A DNA stretch of 34,997 bases from an uncultured bacterium (GTDB lineage: Bacteria; Hydrothermota; UBA3073): positions 1-34,997 of the forward strand of contig CAYRBN010000003.1 in NCBI GenBank assembly GCA_964422625.1. The letters run 5' to 3'. Below, in pieces: positions 33,482-34,997 of this stretch; position 1 is the stretch's first letter; each line of letters opens with the position of its first letter. The notes under the pieces are model-generated. The model was given only the letters and a program-made list of their open reading frames with translations, did no database searches and was not told the DNA's origin. Position numbers and translations under genes: made by a program.

Positions 33482-34822
33482 CTATGGCAATTTTATGAAC
33501 CCATCTTTCATAAGTGCATCTGTCTGATCCCTTGCCTTTTTTATCTTCTCTTTGGCAATCCTCATCAACTCTTCTTTTGAAAAGTTGAGCCTTGCAACGC
33601 CTTGTTCTATTGCCTTCAAAGCAACCGCAACCGCTTCTCTGGGGAATACATCCCAATCATCCATTGTCGGAATTATATACTCCTCATGGAAGCCTCTGTC
33701 CTCTGCACACTTTGCCAGCTCTACTGCGGCTGATATACACATCTCATCAGTAATAGTGGTTGCCATAACATCCAGAGTGCCTCTGAATATTGACGGAAAC
33801 CCAAGTGAATTATTCACTTGATTGGGAAAATCTGACCTGCCAGTTGCCACAATCCTTGCACCTGCCTCTTTTGCCTCCCATGGCCATATCTCTGGAATCG
33901 GGTTGGCAATGGGGAAAACAATAGCGTCTTTTGCCATACCTTTTATCCATTCCTGCTTTATGGTTCCCGGACCCGGCTTTGATGCGGCTATACAGACATC
34001 TGCACCTTTCATAGCATCAGGAATATCACCTACAACATTATCAGCGTTTGTTATCTGGCACAGTTCCCACTTCTCCTTATAGTTATCTACGAGGTCTGTT
34101 CTGCCTCTATGTAATGTCCCCTTTGAGTCGCACAATATTATATTAGCGGCTGGCACACCTGCCTTGATGAACACCCAAATACTCCTTATATTAGAGGCAC
34201 CCGCACCAATGAATACAACTTTAATTTTGCTAATATCCTTTCCAACTATCTTCACCGCATTTATAAAGCCTGCCAATATCACTGTTGCCGTGCCCTGCTG
34301 GTCATCGTGCCAGACGGGTATTCTTGCCCTTTTTCGGAGCTCATTCAGGATATAGAAGCATTTTGGTTGGGCTATATCCTCAAGGTTTATTCCACCAAAG
34401 GTTGGCTGGAGCAGAAGAGTAGTCTCTACTATCTTGTCAGGGTCTTTTGTATCAAGGCCTATAGGGAATGCATCAACCCCTCCAAGATACTTGAACAGTA
34501 GTGCCTTTCCTTCCATAACAGGCATCCCTGCCTCTGGACCTATATCCCCAAGTCCGAGTACCCTGGTGCCGTCTGTTATCACTGCAACGAAGTTTGCCTT
34601 GTTGGTATGTTCAAACACCTTTTCTGGATTTGCTTTTATATCTTTACAAGGCTGTGCAACTCCAGGCGTATACCAGATTGCGAAATCATCAAAACTCCGT
34701 ATACAACACTTTGGAACTACCTCCACCTTTCCTTGATAGAAAGGATGAAGCCTCATAGCATCCTCACCAGGCTTTTTTGCCCTGGCAAGGAGTTCCTCCA
34801 CTGTCAATTTTTTCCCTGTCAT
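33482..34822 (-). CDS. NAD(P)-dependent malic enzyme (short form, no PTA domain)
   Basis: 446 aa from the ATG at 34822, with AGGAG upstream. Motifs YTPGVA, VITDGTRVLGLGDIG and FIGAGASNI. The upstream 39 codons of the ORF-track call lie inside repeat D4. Confidence 0.9.
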   Translation of the reverse strand: MTGKKLTVEELLARAKKPGEDAMRLHPFYQGKVEVVPKCCIRSFDDFAIWYTPGVAQPCKDIKANPEKVFEHTNKANFVAVITDGTRVLGLGDIGPEAGMPVMEGKALLFKYLGGVDAFPIGLDTKDPDKIVETTLLLQPTFGGINLEDIAQPKCFYILNELRKRARIPVWHDDQQGTATVILAGFINAVKIVGKDISKIKVVFIGAGASNIRSIWVFIKAGVPAANIILCDSKGTLHRGRTDLVDNYKEKWELCQITNADNVVGDIPDAMKGADVCIAASKPGPGTIKQEWIKGMAKDAIVFPIANPIPEIWPWEAKEAGARIVATGRSDFPNQVNNSLGFPSIFRGTLDVMATTITDEMCISAAVELAKCAEDRGFHEEYIIPTMDDWDVFPREAVAVALKAIEQGVARLNFSKEELMRIAKEKIKKARDQTDALMKDGFIKLP

Positions 34823-34860
34823 ATCCACTCCTGGCGGAACTGAAATTCCACTTTTACTTA

Positions 34861-34997
34861 ATCCCAGATTATGCATTAACCACAGATTACACAGATTTTC
34901 ACAGATTGCATAAGAATCTTCAAGAATATGACTTTTCACCTTTTAGGTGAAGAACATATCTCGATCTGATTGTTGCAAATTCTTTACTGACTTGTCT
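34861..34997 (-). mobile_element. Family-D element copy D4 (cut by the window end)
   Basis: It is the reverse complement of 7511-7647, with 4 mismatches in 137 nt. Confidence 0.8.

Overview
Compact bacterial chromosomal window from an AT-rich genome. My spot counts of single 60-nt lines give about 35-42% GC outside 24.3-32.3 kb. I saw no rRNA, tRNA, CRISPR array, transposase or integrase gene.

Left third, mostly + strand: cca (-), a GT2 polyprenol-phosphate mannosyltransferase, ispD, ispF, a GT2, a GT4, an orphan LivJ-type lipoprotein, lysS, an mreD-like gene, a UPF0104 membrane protein and purA.

Middle, - strand: a decaying ion-transport locus. It holds a CaCA antiporter pseudogene, a TAXI-binding-domain/ion-channel/RCK composite gene, and one intact CaCA antiporter. 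The composite gene is broken by one frameshift, one in-frame TAA and one MITE. After it come rarA, a KamA-family radical-SAM enzyme, a gene remnant, pmbA and tldD.

Right third, - strand: seven visibly GC-rich genes (53-60% GC in spot counts). They are a citE-like lyase, a sucC-like gene, a sucD-like gene, glmS, glmL, glmE and mal. This is the coenzyme-B12 glutamate mutase / methylaspartate ammonia-lyase route joined to an ADP-forming CoA ligase and a CoA-ester lyase. It is driven by a host-type consensus promoter and already carries host repeats. A PorV-like outer-membrane protein and a malic enzyme follow.

The most unusual property is that the intergenic space is built almost entirely from reusable modules:
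- Three MITE-like families, which I call A, B and D. A has a filled versus empty site. B has 7-bp TAAKTAG target duplications whose removal restores two reading frames.
- A portable leader cassette, which I call C, that supplies the Shine-Dalgarno sequence of three genes.
- Heptanucleotide tandem arrays at nearly every gene end.
- Six promoters of identical TTGACW-17-TATAAT design.

All calls come from reading the sequence and the ORF track; no database search was run. Repeat coordinates are good to a few nt.
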